A stretch of 33,006 bases of DNA from Octopus bimaculoides (lineage: Eukaryota). The stretch spans positions 301,291 to 334,296 of the forward strand of contig NC_069008.1 in NCBI RefSeq assembly GCF_001194135.2. Direction: 5' to 3'. A model generated the notes under the pieces. It made no database searches and was not told where the DNA came from. It saw only the letters and a program-made list of their open reading frames with translations. Made by a program: the position numbers and the translations under genes. The first letter of the stretch is position 1. Each line of letters begins with the position of its first letter. Of this stretch, positions 1-10,809 are shown in pieces.

Positions 1-46
1 CCCCCCCCCCCACAAATTTCAGGTTTTGTGCCTATAGTAAAAATAA
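1..46 (+). mobile_element. 3' tail of a SINE family A copy
   Basis: ccccccacaaatttcaggttttgtgcctatagtaaaaa matches the tail of the copy ending near 7075. Confidence 0.5.
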
Positions 47-94
47 TGAAAAAAAACAATATGTACTAACATTTACTTGTGGTTTATTTTTTAG

Positions 95-1141
95 GCAAAG
101 GCTGTTCGTTTGTATACTTCTCTCTGAACGTGGCTCTCTTTACATACTTTCCAAACGTTGGTCGCCAATTGGTCTCCTTGGTCAGTGTTGGTGAAGGCGT
201 TTGTTTTATATTTGCTCTTCCTTTGATCTCATACTTCATTGAATCTTACGGCTGGCGGAGTAGTTTGCTCTTACTGTGTGGCATCGAAATGCACTGTATT
301 CCGTTTGGAATTATCTACAGCATGAAAGTAGACGTCACTCATGGTAATTGCAAAATGTCCAATCATTCTACAAGAGCAGCCATACGAACGGCCTCGTTTT
401 TTGAAAGCAAGAAAAGTCCACTCGCATCAAAGGAGAACCATGCAAATCACCCACAAAATAACGAGAGGAAAGAAGATCAATGCAATCCGTATTCAACTGC
501 TACAACAAATAAAGCTTGTGATGACACTAATAGCAGTGACAATGATTCCACAAACGATAAACCAAAACATTTAAACTCACCACGGTTGAATGACTCACGT
601 ATACCAAATGACAATGACAGTTCGATAGAAGTGGAGCAACCCGAGTCCAAGGAAAAGCATGGTATTAATTTTAAAAGCTTGAGAAATTTAGCCACAAATA
701 AAATGTACATGTTAGCTTTAATATCGGCGACCACCTTTCTTAGTACGTCACTGGTCATGTTAACGATTCTTCCTGACTTTTGCATGCAGCACGGCTTGTC
801 ACTCTCCCAAGGAGCTTGGAATAGTGCAATATCTTCAGTAGGGGATATCATCGCACGTTTTTTGGGTTCCTGGCTTCTTCATTCGAAACTGTTACCGAGC
901 ATAGTAACTTTTTCCTCAGCGATCATCATATGTGGCATTGCAATGTCCGTCTACATCGCCGTCAACACATTAACTTACATCACCCTGACTTCGTTCTTTT
1001 TCATGTTATTCAATGGACTTGCTTACTCTCAGTACGGTGTAATCTTCTTGGATCTTGTCGATTTAGAGGACTACGCTCTGGGGATGGGCCTGAACGAAAC
1101 TTCGGGTGGCATTGGTCTCTTATTGTGTGGTTATCTCGTCA
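95..1141 (+). CDS. Internal coding exon of an SLC16/monocarboxylate transporter (MCT)-like MFS protein (about TM4-TM11 plus large central loop); 5' exons lie outside the window
   Basis: Perfect TACTAAC branch point (64-70), ttttttag acceptor (exon starts 95, phase 1) and gtaagt donor at 1142; 1047 nt keeps frame. MCT-like motifs YGWRSSLLLLCG, long hydrophilic loop, TM8 GDIIARFLG. Confidence 0.85.
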
Positions 1142-1920
1142 GTAAGTATCTCTAAACATTTTTGGTATCGCCTCAAAAGTGATTGGGCATGTGTGTAGGC
1201 ATGCTCATATACGTGTGCGAGCATGATATATATGTGTGTATGCATGCATGAGTGTGTGTGTATGAGTCTGTAACGGCGAAAGATTATTTGTAGCGGTGAG
1301 ATTTGCTGGTAAGATGTAAAAGATGAACAATGCATGAGGTTTTAAGAAAATATTTATTTACCGTTACGTTGAATAAACCTTTGCCTCGACGGGCGTGTGT
1401 GGAAGGGAAGCCTTACGGCAGGGACATAACAGATGTCAGGCAGAAAGTAGTCGAACCAAGAAAGAAAGGTCAGACCTGGCCGAATCACGGTAATGTGGAA
1501 GAAGATGAGAGAGGTAGAGGCATAGAAGAATTAGAGAGGAACGAGGAAAAAAGAAAGGGGACAGAGTGAAGTGATATATATATATATATATATATATATG
1601 CGCAGGTGTGGCTGTGTATTTAAGACTTGGTTTTGTAAACGAGACGCTCACATTTGTTTTCAGATTTTTGTTTTAAATAAGAATTTGCTGTTACAGCATT
1701 CAATGCTTTTAATGTAATTATCCAAAGTCATGCATTTGGTCTCTTCGTGTTCTTCCTCTTATCTGTTTATTTGTCCTTATTTTTGATTATCTAATTTACC
1801 TAATTCATTTTGCTTTATATCAAAATGCAGTTTCTGACCTGTAAGCTGAGACTGTAACTTTTCTACTGATTATATGCATGCTTACAAGCATACGTACATT
1901 CAAACTTCTATGATTGTGCG

Positions 1921-1951
<31 letters not shown>

Positions 1952-2171
1952 TAGAGTGAAAATGGCAACAAAACCAAGAAAAGACAAGTGTTAGGAGTTA
2001 TTTAGAATATTTAATTTGAGTAACATTAATTTGAAATAATTAGTTCACAAAAACACAAATATACTTTTACGCTAAACCGAGAAAATTAGATTTAATCTCG
2101 ATAGAAAAAAAAAATGGTTTATGAATGTGTTCATGTAGATTTTCTTCAGTTTCTTTCTTCTGCTTTTCTAG

Positions 2172-2362
2172 ATTTACTTACTGAATACAATAACAACAAT
2201 TATGATTACAGCATCCTCATCATGGCTGTACTAACAACGGCTGGTGCTCTACCGATTTTTATTTTCTACGTATGTACCTGTCGGAAAACGAAAGCTGTCA
2301 TACTGGATCATCACCAGCAAACTCAGGAGACGTCGACAATCAAGAAAATTGCTGCTTCGTAA
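2172..2362 (+). CDS. Terminal coding exon of the SLC16/MCT-like gene (TM12 and C-tail)
   Basis: ttttctag acceptor ending 2171; phase 1 matches the donor at 1142, giving ...GYLV-N-LLTEYNNNNYDYSILIMAVLTTAGALPIFIFY...IAAS*, stop at 2360-2362. Candidate AATAAA at 3031-3036. Confidence 0.8.
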
Positions 2363-2374
2363 TGTACTTCAAGA

Positions 2375-2999
2375 TTTACCTCTGCCTTAGCGAAGGTAGA
2401 GGTATTGTTTCAGTCGTGTTTGTTTGTTTGACCGTGGACAAAATATCTCAGAAACCACTGATTGGATTCGGATGAAACTTTCAGGGATGTTTGGCCTCGT
2501 GACTAGCACGAACTGATTAGATTTGGGGATCAATCCGGTATCGGACATGGATTCTGGATTATTTTTTCAGTTTTTTTGTTTTTTTTCCTTACTTAATTTT
2601 TGAGAGCAGTCGGGCTCATTTTTAATATTCTCATTTGTAAGGCGGTGAGCTGGCGGAAACGTTAGCACGCCGGGCGAAACGCTTAGCGGTATTTCGTCTA
2701 CCGCTACGTTCTGAGTTCAAATTCCGCCGAGGTCGACTTTGCCTTTCATCCTTTCGNNNNNNNNNNNNNNNNNNNNNNNNNNNNNNNNNNNNNNNNNNNN
2801 NNNNNNNNNNNNNNNNNNNNNNNNNNNNNNNNNNNNNNNNNNNNNNNNNNNNNNNNNNNNNNNNNNNNNNNNNNNNNNNNNNNNNNNNNNNNNNNNNNNN
2901 NNNNNNNNNNNNNNNNNNTAAAAATCATCTCCGGCTAATCTTTGAGAGGACGTTGGTGCTGCCTTGGCGGAGGTTTGAACTCTCTGAGTGCTCTTGTTT
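2375..2999 (+). mobile_element. Non-autonomous Helentron-type element (HINE/DINE-1-like) in the MCT 3' UTR, with a nested SINE
   Basis: 5' tttacctctgcc, hairpin cctctgcctt-agcg-aaggtagagg (2379-2402), (gttt)n, ggatgaaacttt...gatt block; 3' sub-terminal inverted repeat ccttggcggaggt (2962-2974) followed by ctctctgagtgctcttgttt. Confidence 0.65.
2641..2756 (+). mobile_element. tRNA-derived SINE family A (octopus OR/OK-type), running into an N gap
   Basis: ggcggtgagctggcggaaacgttagc head, B-box-like gagttcaaattcc; same sequence recurs at 5451, 6858 and 27640-28232. Confidence 0.8.
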
Positions 3000-3069
3000 A
3001 ATTTTAATTTTCTGATTGAAGACTACGATGAATAAAAATGATTTATAAATCGATCGTTTCGTGTTTATC

Positions 3070-3209
3070 TTTTCTTCTTTTTTCTTTTACTTGCGTCAGT
3101 CATTTGACTACGGCCATGCTGGGGCACCGCCTCGAAGGGTTTTAGTCGAACAAAGCAATCCCAGAACTTATCTTTTTTTTTTTAGCCTTATACTTATTCC
3201 ATCGGTCTC
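3070..3209 (-). mobile_element. 3' part of a SINE family B copy
   Basis: Reverse complement gagaccgatggaataagta...gcatggccgtagtcaaatgactgacgcaagtaaaaga matches the 3' end of the copy at 28973-29365. Confidence 0.75.
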
Positions 3210-3219
3210 ATAAGTTAGT

Positions 3220-3301
3220 CGACGAGCATGAGATTCGAACTCACGTTGGGAGACACCGATGGATTAGGAGTCCATCGCGTCAACCCCTCAGTCACCTCGA
3301 T
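3220..3301 (-). tRNA. tRNA-Ser(GCT)-derived pseudogene with anticodon changed to CCT
   Basis: 82 nt, co-linear with canonical eukaryotic tRNA-Ser(GCT): perfect anticodon stem ATGGA/TCCAT, loop CT-CCT-AA, long variable arm, intact B box GAGTTCGAATC. Three mismatches in the acceptor stem and a broken D stem. Confidence 0.75.
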
Positions 3302-3876
3302 TGATACAAAAATGACTAATTCCACTCATGAATTTCTTTCTTCCTTCCTTCTTCTCCTTCTTTCTTTCTTAAATTAGCTTTTAGCGACAGAAGCAGCTTT
3401 TGTAATGGATATTAACTATCACATCCGACCTAACTTGGATCTGTTGTTTACAACGCCTTACGCTGCTGTAAACGTCCCGAAAACAAATTTCGTGGAGACA
3501 ACAAATGCTAAAAAGCATCAAAATTCTGTTATCACTTGATTCCACCGCATCGTGAATCATCAACGGCAACCATTCTAGCCGAATGCCAGAAAGAAAACCG
3601 GTCAAACTGATATGGAATTACATTGGCCAAACAGCCAATAGTATCGCGGGAAGTTGCCGAGCTGTGTATGGATTAGCAATTAGTGACAGAAGCAGCTTCT
3701 CTGGAATTGTTAAAAATGGTTGTTATTATTGTTGTAGACTGGCCAGCAGTTTTAAGGATAAAAGCTTCGTGCAATGGCCATACTCGATATTGAGTGAGTA
3801 GCCATAATGAATGTATGTCTGCATGCATGACATACATATTGTAGTTAACGTGTTACTCTTTATTCATAATGTCAAC

Positions 3877-4004
3877 GACTTTGCCTTTCGACCTTTCGAG
3901 GTCGATTAAATAAGTACCAGTTACGCACTGGGCTCGATGTAATCGACTTTATCCTTTTCTCTGTCCTTGTATGTCCCCTCTGTGAGTAATAAAGAAAAAA
4001 AAAA
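3877..4004 (+). mobile_element. 5'-truncated SINE family A
   Basis: gactttgcctttc...aagtaccagttacgcactggg...aataaagaaaa matches the 3' half of 5451-5659. Confidence 0.75.
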
Positions 4005-5450
4005 TATTCAATAAATGCAAGGCAGTTGGTTTCGTTTTCAAGGGAATGTACTCTTGGACTTCTCCTTTGACTTACCTCCCTTAGATCGTTTCACACGGAT
4101 AACATTTCTTTTTCTTGATTTTTCGAACTTTTTGCATTTAGCATCACATTCGGTCTTTTACGTTTCGAGCCTACGTTCTTCAGCAGAAAAGAATAAGAAG
4201 AAATAAATACAGAGAGAATGAAAACAGAAAAAAACGTGTTTTGTTCAGTGATAAAGATACAGATATACATTCATGTTTGCTTTCTTTGCCTTTGTAATTT
4301 AGAATAAATTTTGATCAGCCATCGCCTTGGTAGCAAGGTTGTGAATGAATGCATCTTGTTTTGTTCATTATCGTTTAAATATTAAGAAGATCTTGCAGAT
4401 TCTTATAGTCTCAGATATCGTGATCATTTGCAGCATATAAATTAAGGATTTGCGTTCTCCCCACAAAGATCCCAAGTTCAGCCATACTTTGCTCCAGACG
4501 GGTCGGCACGTATCCTGTTGCTCTAATAATAATAAGAGATGTCACTGAAAGTGTATCCTGAGTGCCGGATATGAAAACTTCGTATCAGTGGTCCGTAGAT
4601 GTGCTCTGTATGTATGTATGTAAGCGTGTATGTATGCGTGTACGAGCCACAGAGGGAGGGTTCGGGATCTTTTTTAAAACGGGGGCCACATTTTTCATTA
4701 ACGAAACACTTTGAAACTTGGAACACTGGTAGAATGTGTCATATAAAACATCTTTTTCTCTTAGTCTTCTTTAAAAAAAAAAGAAATCCCTAAGTTATTC
4801 CATGTTAAAGTTGTCGTATTTCTGTAATTTCAACCAATCACTGACGTCCATTCAGCCGATATACATTAAGTGCCGACTACATAAACAAACAATTCTATCG
4901 GTGATAGGGTTAGGGTTCGGGTAGAACAGCAAATTTAAAAAGAAAAAAGCAAATANNNNNNNNNNNNNNNNNNNNNNNNNNNNNNNNNNNNNNNNNNNNN
5001 NNNNNNNNNNNNNNNNNNNNNNNNNNNNNNNNNNNNNNNNNNNNNNNNNNNNNNNNNNNNNNNNNNNNNNNNNNNNNNNNNNNNNNNNNNNNNNNNNNNN
5101 NNNNNNNNNNNNNNNNNNNNNNNNNNNNNNNNNNNNNNNNNNNNNNNNNNNNNNNNNNNNNNNNNNNNNNNNNNNNNNNNNNNNNNNNNNNNNNNNNNNN
5201 NNNNNNNNNNNNNNNNNNNNNNNNNNNNNNNNNNNNNNNNNNNNNNNNNNNNNNNNNNNNNNNNNNNNNNNNNNNNNNNNNNNNNNNNNNNNNNNNNNNN
5301 NNNNNNNNNNNNNNNNNNNNNNNNNNNNNNNNNNNNNNNNNNNNNNNNNNNNNNNNNNNNNNNNNNNNACATTAATTTGTCGAGTTCGAAGCATGTCAAA
5401 ATGTTAAACGAAGTTGTTTCTTGCATTTCACACCACGAGATATAAATATG

Positions 5451-5659
5451 AGGACAGCGAGCTGGCAGAATCGTTAGCGCGCCAGACGAAATGCTCAGCG
5501 GTATTTCGTCTGCCGTTACGTTCTGAGTTCAAATTCCGCCAAGGTCGATATTGCCTTTTCTCCTTTCGGGGTCGATTAAATAAGTACCAGTTACGCACTG
5601 GGCTCGATGTAATCGACTTAATCTGTTTGTCTGTCCCCTCTGTGGGCAATAAAGAAATA
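5451..5659 (+). mobile_element. Full-length SINE family A
   Basis: Head gagctggcagaatcgttagc, B box gagttcaaattcc, core aagtaccagttacgcactggg, tail aataaagaaata. Confidence 0.85.
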
Positions 5660-5761
5660 TACATACATCTAAATCAAAATTTATTCATTATGGACCCCCC
5701 CCCCAACCTACTATTTTGGTTGCTTGAACCTACAAATATCATATGGACCGTCAGAGGCCAT

Positions 5762-6589
5762 ATTTATATATTTACTTCGTCCTTATATTTATTGCGCTGA
5801 TATTTCTGACCATATCGCGCGAGCATTTTCTTGGCGAGCAACTTAAACTGGTCGTCTGCATACGTGCATATATATGTATGTATACATGTTGTATATATAT
5901 ACATCTGTATTTATATGCTTTTCTATGTATATTCCACTGATGATGCAAAGCATTTCTTATGCAAAACCAGAAATCTGGAATCTGGAATTATCCAGTAATT
6001 TTTGCTGGTTTATTTGTCTCTTCGTCTTCTCTCCTGGTGCTTTATGAACATTTATTGTGGATTTTAGAGTCAAGCTTTGACTGCTATTTTCAGCGTGGCG
6101 GTGTCTCTTAGATACCCTAAATTATAATTTTAAATAATTATTACCTTTGATGGTTTTTTATTCCCATGCTGGCCACTTGATAAAATCGATATTTTAAATA
6201 TCGATCTTATCCTCATTTATATAAATTTATATATTTACTTCGTCATTATATTTACTGCGGTGACATTTCTGACCATATCGCGCGAGGATTTACATGGCGG
6301 GTAATTTAAACTGGTCGTCTGCATACATATGTAAGTATATCTTATGTTGTATGTATATATATATATATATATATATCTGTATATATGTGCTTTTCTGTGT
6401 ATATTCCACTGATGATGCAGAGCATTTCTTAAGCAAAACCAGAAATCCAGGATATGGAATTATTCAGTAATTTTTGCTGGTTTATTTGTCTCTTCATCTT
6501 CTCTCCTGGTGCTTTGTGAACATTTATTGTGGTTTTAGAGTCAAGCTTTGACTGCTATTTTCAGCGTGGCGGTGTCTCTTAGATACCCT
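5762..6589 (+). repeat. Direct duplication of about 360 bp (5762-6118 and 6225-6589) with a 106 bp spacer
   Basis: The two copies align end to end; the final ttttagagtcaagc...tcttagataccct segment (about 57 bp) is identical. Confidence 0.9.
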
Positions 6590-6789
6590 GCATGCTGCAA
6601 TAAGTGTGTGAATCTGAGAGGGGAAACAGTTGAATAAAATCATAATTAACTGATCCTCCTCTATTTTCTTTTACCAAAAGCCATCGACTTTTCACCACCC
6701 GTGTGTACGTATGCACGCATGTATGAATGTGTGTATGTATGCATAGATGTATGTCATTGTTCAGGTTTATTTCAAGATCTCTTGCCAAT

Positions 6790-7790
6790 AGATAAAAAGC
6801 CGGTTTCTAACCTAGATCCATTGGATTCCATCTAGATTCATTGGAATTTCAACGGGGAAGGGGGTCTGGCAGAAACAGTAGCACGTCGGGCGAAATGCTT
6901 AGCGATATTTCGTCTGAATTTATGTTCTGAGTTCAAACTCCGCCGAGGTCTACTTTGCCTTTAATCCTTTCGGGATCGATAAATTAAGTACCAGTTACGC
7001 ACTGGGTTCGATCTAATCGACTGGACCCCTCCCCAAAAGTTTCGGGCCTTGTGCTTACAACAGAAAAGAATATCAACAACGGGCTATTTTTGTATGTATG
7101 TGTTATGTATTTGTGCATATTTTTATGCTTAGCTTTATGTATGTATTCTCATGCATATAGCTACATATCTAGACAAGCTCATGTATATTTAAATGATAAA
7201 CTTCTGGAATTTTTACAGATTTTTACAGTTCCAGTGATGGATTGGATCTGTAATCTTCGAATAAGCTTTCTCCTTTCTGGTTTTGAGAAGCCTAATTTCT
7301 CAAGATTGCTATTTAGGCTGTGTGTTACATATCCCAGGGCCCCAATAATTACAGGTATAAACCTGAACTTGTAATCTGGATAGAGTAACTGCAGATTTCT
7401 CAATAGTTCAGCATAGATCTTCTCTTTTTCACTGATCTTCAGCTTTATGTTAACATCCGCTGGGCNNNNNNNNNNTTATGCTTACATTCTATTATGGTCT
7501 TCCCTGGGACATTCCACCAGTATTCCTTTTTATTATGAGTGGCAATGGGGTTCTTATTTCTTTGTTATCGGGATTATATTATATAGTGTCCTAGCTACAA
7601 CATCATGTCTCGTCGGTAGATAATACCATGATGACATTTTCAGACAACTGCTTACGATGTGGGTGATATCTTCAGTGTGAACGCCACAGAATCTGCATCG
7701 GTTGTCTCATTTTGCTGCTTTACCTGCATCTCTGTCCCCTTTGTGCATCAGGTGTGTGGTTGATATTTCCTGTTCCTGGATTGCAAACGC
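6790..7790 (-). mobile_element. 3' remnant of an RLE-type non-LTR retrotransposon (R4/Dong- or HERO/NeSL-like), with a SINE A in its putative 3' UTR
   Basis: Minus strand encodes FAIQEQEI, the knuckle CRFCGVHTEDITHIVSSC (C-x2-C-x8-H-x4-C, 7644-7697), RHDVVA, and PADVNIKLKISEKEKIYAELL...FIPVIIGALG (restriction-like endonuclease C-terminus). Confidence 0.8.
6858..7076 (+). mobile_element. SINE family A (ccctccccaaaa tail variant)
   Basis: Family A head and core; candidate 7 bp TSD caacggg at 6850-6856 and 7077-7083. Confidence 0.8.
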
Positions 7791-9039
7791 AATCCATGTA
7801 CCTATGTATGTATGTATGTATACGTGTATGAATGAATGCGTGTATATATATATGTATGTATGAATGCGTCTATGCATGTATGTGTGTATGCGTATTCACA
7901 TAGTTACTTACGTGCAAGCCAACAGAGGCCACCTGCTAGAAATAACAGCTCAAACGACATTTTAATCTTATATATAAATGAATGAGCCACAGCAGGCGAT
8001 TTCTCTCGCCGTCTCATAACCATTATTTCTCTTCCATTCAACACTTTCTTTCCTCCGCCTACCACCTTGAAATCAGCCAGCATGCCACTTCGTCTATTAC
8101 TCTTTACTCCTCCTTTCACCCTACACTCCGTTCATCTTTCCATTCATTTTTCTCTCTCTCTTTCTCTCTCTCTCTCTTTCACTCACACCTTTTCATGTAA
8201 TTCCTCATCCACTCCTCTCTCCCTTTTAATTCTTTGATTTTACTTTCTCTCTCTTACTCACTCACTCACTCACTGTCTCTCTCTCTCTCTTTTCTGCGAC
8301 TACTCCTCCTACCCCTACCTCCCGTCTGTCGGTAAACTATTTCCCTCCACCTACTCTGACTACCACTCCTTACCAAGCAGGCTGTCGTCTGCTGCCCATT
8401 CACCGTCTCCTTGCTCCTCTCTCCATTGGACAACCTCCACCTACTCCCCAAAAGCCAACACGACCCGTGTGGGTGGTCGCATGACGTGCTAGAAATAACA
8501 ACCTGTGCTCCCTCAAATCACACCTTAGCTTCTTACAAATAGACGCACATGTCAGATAACATTGCCAAATAAACACAGTGGCCATGCATGGAAAGCCATT
8601 GATCAAAATTCCATCTGAAGTTCGTCAGAGTTCACCTGAACTAAACCACGTCAACGATTACTCATTCATTCTCTCTCCCTCCTTCTCTTTCTATCTTTTC
8701 CCTCTCTCNNNNNNNNNNNNNNNNNNNNNNNNNNNNNNNNNNNNNNNNNNNNNNNNNNNNNNNNNNNNNNNNNNNNNNNNNNNNNNNNNNNNNNNNNNNN
8801 NNNNNNNNNNNNNNNNNNNNNNNNNNNNNNNNNNNNNNNNNNNNNNNNNNNNNNNNNNNNNNNNNNNNNNNNNNNNNNNNNNNNNNNNNNNNNNNNNNNN
8901 NNNNNNNNNNNNNNNNNNNNNNNNNNNNNNNNNNNNNNNNNNNNNNNNNNNNNNNNNNNNNNNNNNNNNNNNNNNNNNNNNNNNNNNNNNNNNNNNNNNN
9001 NNNNNNNNNNNNNNNNNNNNNNNNNNNNNNNNNNNNNNN

Positions 9040-9262
9040 CTCACTCTTACTTCCTGTTTCTGTTGTGCCTGTAATTCAAAGGGGTCAGCCTTGTCACACT
9101 GCGTGTCACGCTGAATATCCCCGAGAACTACGTTAAGGGTACACGTGTCTGTGGAGTGCTCAGCCACTTGCACTTTAATTTCACGAGCAGGCTGTTCCGT
9201 TGATCGGATCAACTGGAACCCTCGTCGTCGTAAGCGACGGAGTGCCCAACAATCTAACAACA
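9040..9262 (+). mobile_element. 3' half of a SINE family C copy (5' part in N gap)
   Basis: Near-identical to 12570-12790 and to the reverse complement of 19467-19690; ends in an aac-type tail. Confidence 0.85.
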
Positions 9263-9510
9263 ACCTGTTCAAAGTAATGTCAAGAAGAGCACCGTTTCAT
9301 CTTCTGAAAGAGTAACAGACGGGAAATAATGCCCGTCGAACACTGTTTCAAACAGACTGAGGATCTGTTAAACAACACTCACTACTACAGCACAAGCCTA
9401 ACATCAAACCACTAGTCCTACTACAACCGTTCAAACCCGAACGATTCTATATCGACTCTAGACACAACTAACACTCGCAGACAGTAGATACGTATTGGTA
9501 TATATATCAT

Positions 9511-9739
9511 TCTTCTATTCTTTTGCTCAGTTATTTGACTGCGGCCATGCTGGAGCATCGCCTTGAAGGGTTTTAGTCGAATAAATGGAACCCCAGGACA
9601 TATTTTTTTAAGCCTAGTACTTATTCTAGCGGTATCTTTTGCTGAACCGCTAATTTACGGGGACGTAAACGCACCAACACCAGTTGTCAAATGGTAATGG
9701 GAGACACACACACATACATACATACATATAGGTAGATAG

Positions 9740-9796
<57 letters not shown>

Positions 9797-9960
9797 CACA
9801 TACGATGGGCTTCTTTCAGTTTCTGTCTACCCAAATCCACTCACACGGCTTTGGTCGGGGCCTGAGGTTTTAGTAGAAGACACTTGCTCAAGGTGCCACG
9901 AAGTGAGACTGAACCCGGAACCATTTCGTTGGAAAGCAACCTTCTTAACCACACAGTTAC
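9511..9960 (-). mobile_element. SINE family B with internal (AG)n expansion
   Basis: Reverse complement aligns along its length to 10474-10809 and 28973-29365. Confidence 0.8.
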
Positions 9961-10053
9961 CGGGCATAATCTGCGATGCTGCGCTTTCGTCGCTGGATCT
10001 ACGTAAGGAATTTTTCGTTACATTTTGAGTATATTGCAAATGGTTGATACGGC

Positions 10054-10437
10054 AGACGGGTTGTAACTAGCACAACAATCGTTTCGGCTGCCTTCTGCAC
10101 TGTTCCCTAGTGGGTGGGGAATGATGTGATGACATCAGCTGCATCATGCAGTGCAAACAAACTTCATCAGGTGACGTAATATACTTCAAAAGTGATAAGA
10201 TTTACATTTTACTTCAAGTTAGATGCTGGTAGTATTACGTTGTGTTGCTAGTTGTTCACACATAGTACCAGCAGCATGTGGCTAGAAGCGAACTCTTATA
10301 ACTTTTGAGGCATATCACATCACCTGATCAGGCTCCCTGCCCTGTGCGATGCATCTGATATCATTACATCGGTCCCCACTCATTAAGAAACAGGGCAGAA
10401 GGCAGCGAAAACGAATGTTGAGCTAAATAAAGCGTCT
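10054..10437. mobile_element. Fold-back element / probable MITE with imperfect inverted arms of about 145 bp
   Basis: 10054-10200 is the imperfect reverse complement of 10294-10437 (gctgccttctgcactgtt vs aacagggcagaaggcagc; atcaggtgacgtaatatacttcaaaagtgataaga vs tcttataacttttgaggcatatcacatcacctgat). Confidence 0.75.
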
Positions 10438-10473
10438 AGTGACATTCCTGCTTCCGTATCAATCATTTAATAT

Positions 10474-10809
10474 ATAGGAGTGGCTGTGTGGTAAGTAGCT
10501 TGCTTCGCAACCACATGGTTCCGGGTTCAGTCCCACTGCGCGGACCTTGGGCAACAGTCTTCAACTATAGCCTCGGGCCAACCAAAGCCTTGTGAGTGGG
10601 TTTGGTAGACGGAAACTGAAAGAAGACCGTCGTGTGTGTGTGTTCGCGTCTGTGTTTGTCTCCCCAATATCACTTGACAACCGATGCTGGTGTGTTTATG
10701 TCCCCGTAACTTAGCGGTTCGGCAAAAAGAGACCGATAGAATAAGCATTAGGGTTACAAAGAGTAAGTCCTGGGGTCGATTTGCTCGACCAAAGGCGGTG
10801 CTCCAGTAT
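10474..10809 (+). mobile_element. SINE family B (tRNA-derived), 3' end in N gap
   Basis: A-box-like tggctgtgtggtaag and B-box-like gggttcagtccc; multiple copies in the window. Confidence 0.85.

Noticed and set aside
79-1155. 358 aa ORF as a complete single-exon gene
   Set aside because: It starts at a GTG inside the intron, upstream of a clear branch point and acceptor, and reads through a gtaagt donor; it is an internal exon.
3220-3301. Functional AGG-to-Ser recoding tRNA at this locus
   Set aside because: Three of seven acceptor-stem pairs and two D-stem pairs are broken, and no T-run terminator follows.
3373-3698. 27 bp imperfect direct repeat (3373-3399 and 3672-3698) as a CRISPR-like or LTR-like unit
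   Set aside because: Only two copies about 300 bp apart, with no spacer array, no cas genes and no TSD.
4905-4922. Interstitial telomere (tagggttagggttcggg)
   Set aside because: Only two to three imperfect units; too short to support.
7915-8545. Shared gctagaaataaca motif (near 7936 and 8498) as MEF2 sites
   Set aside because: Does not match CTA(A/T)4TAG; more likely fragments of an interspersed repeat.
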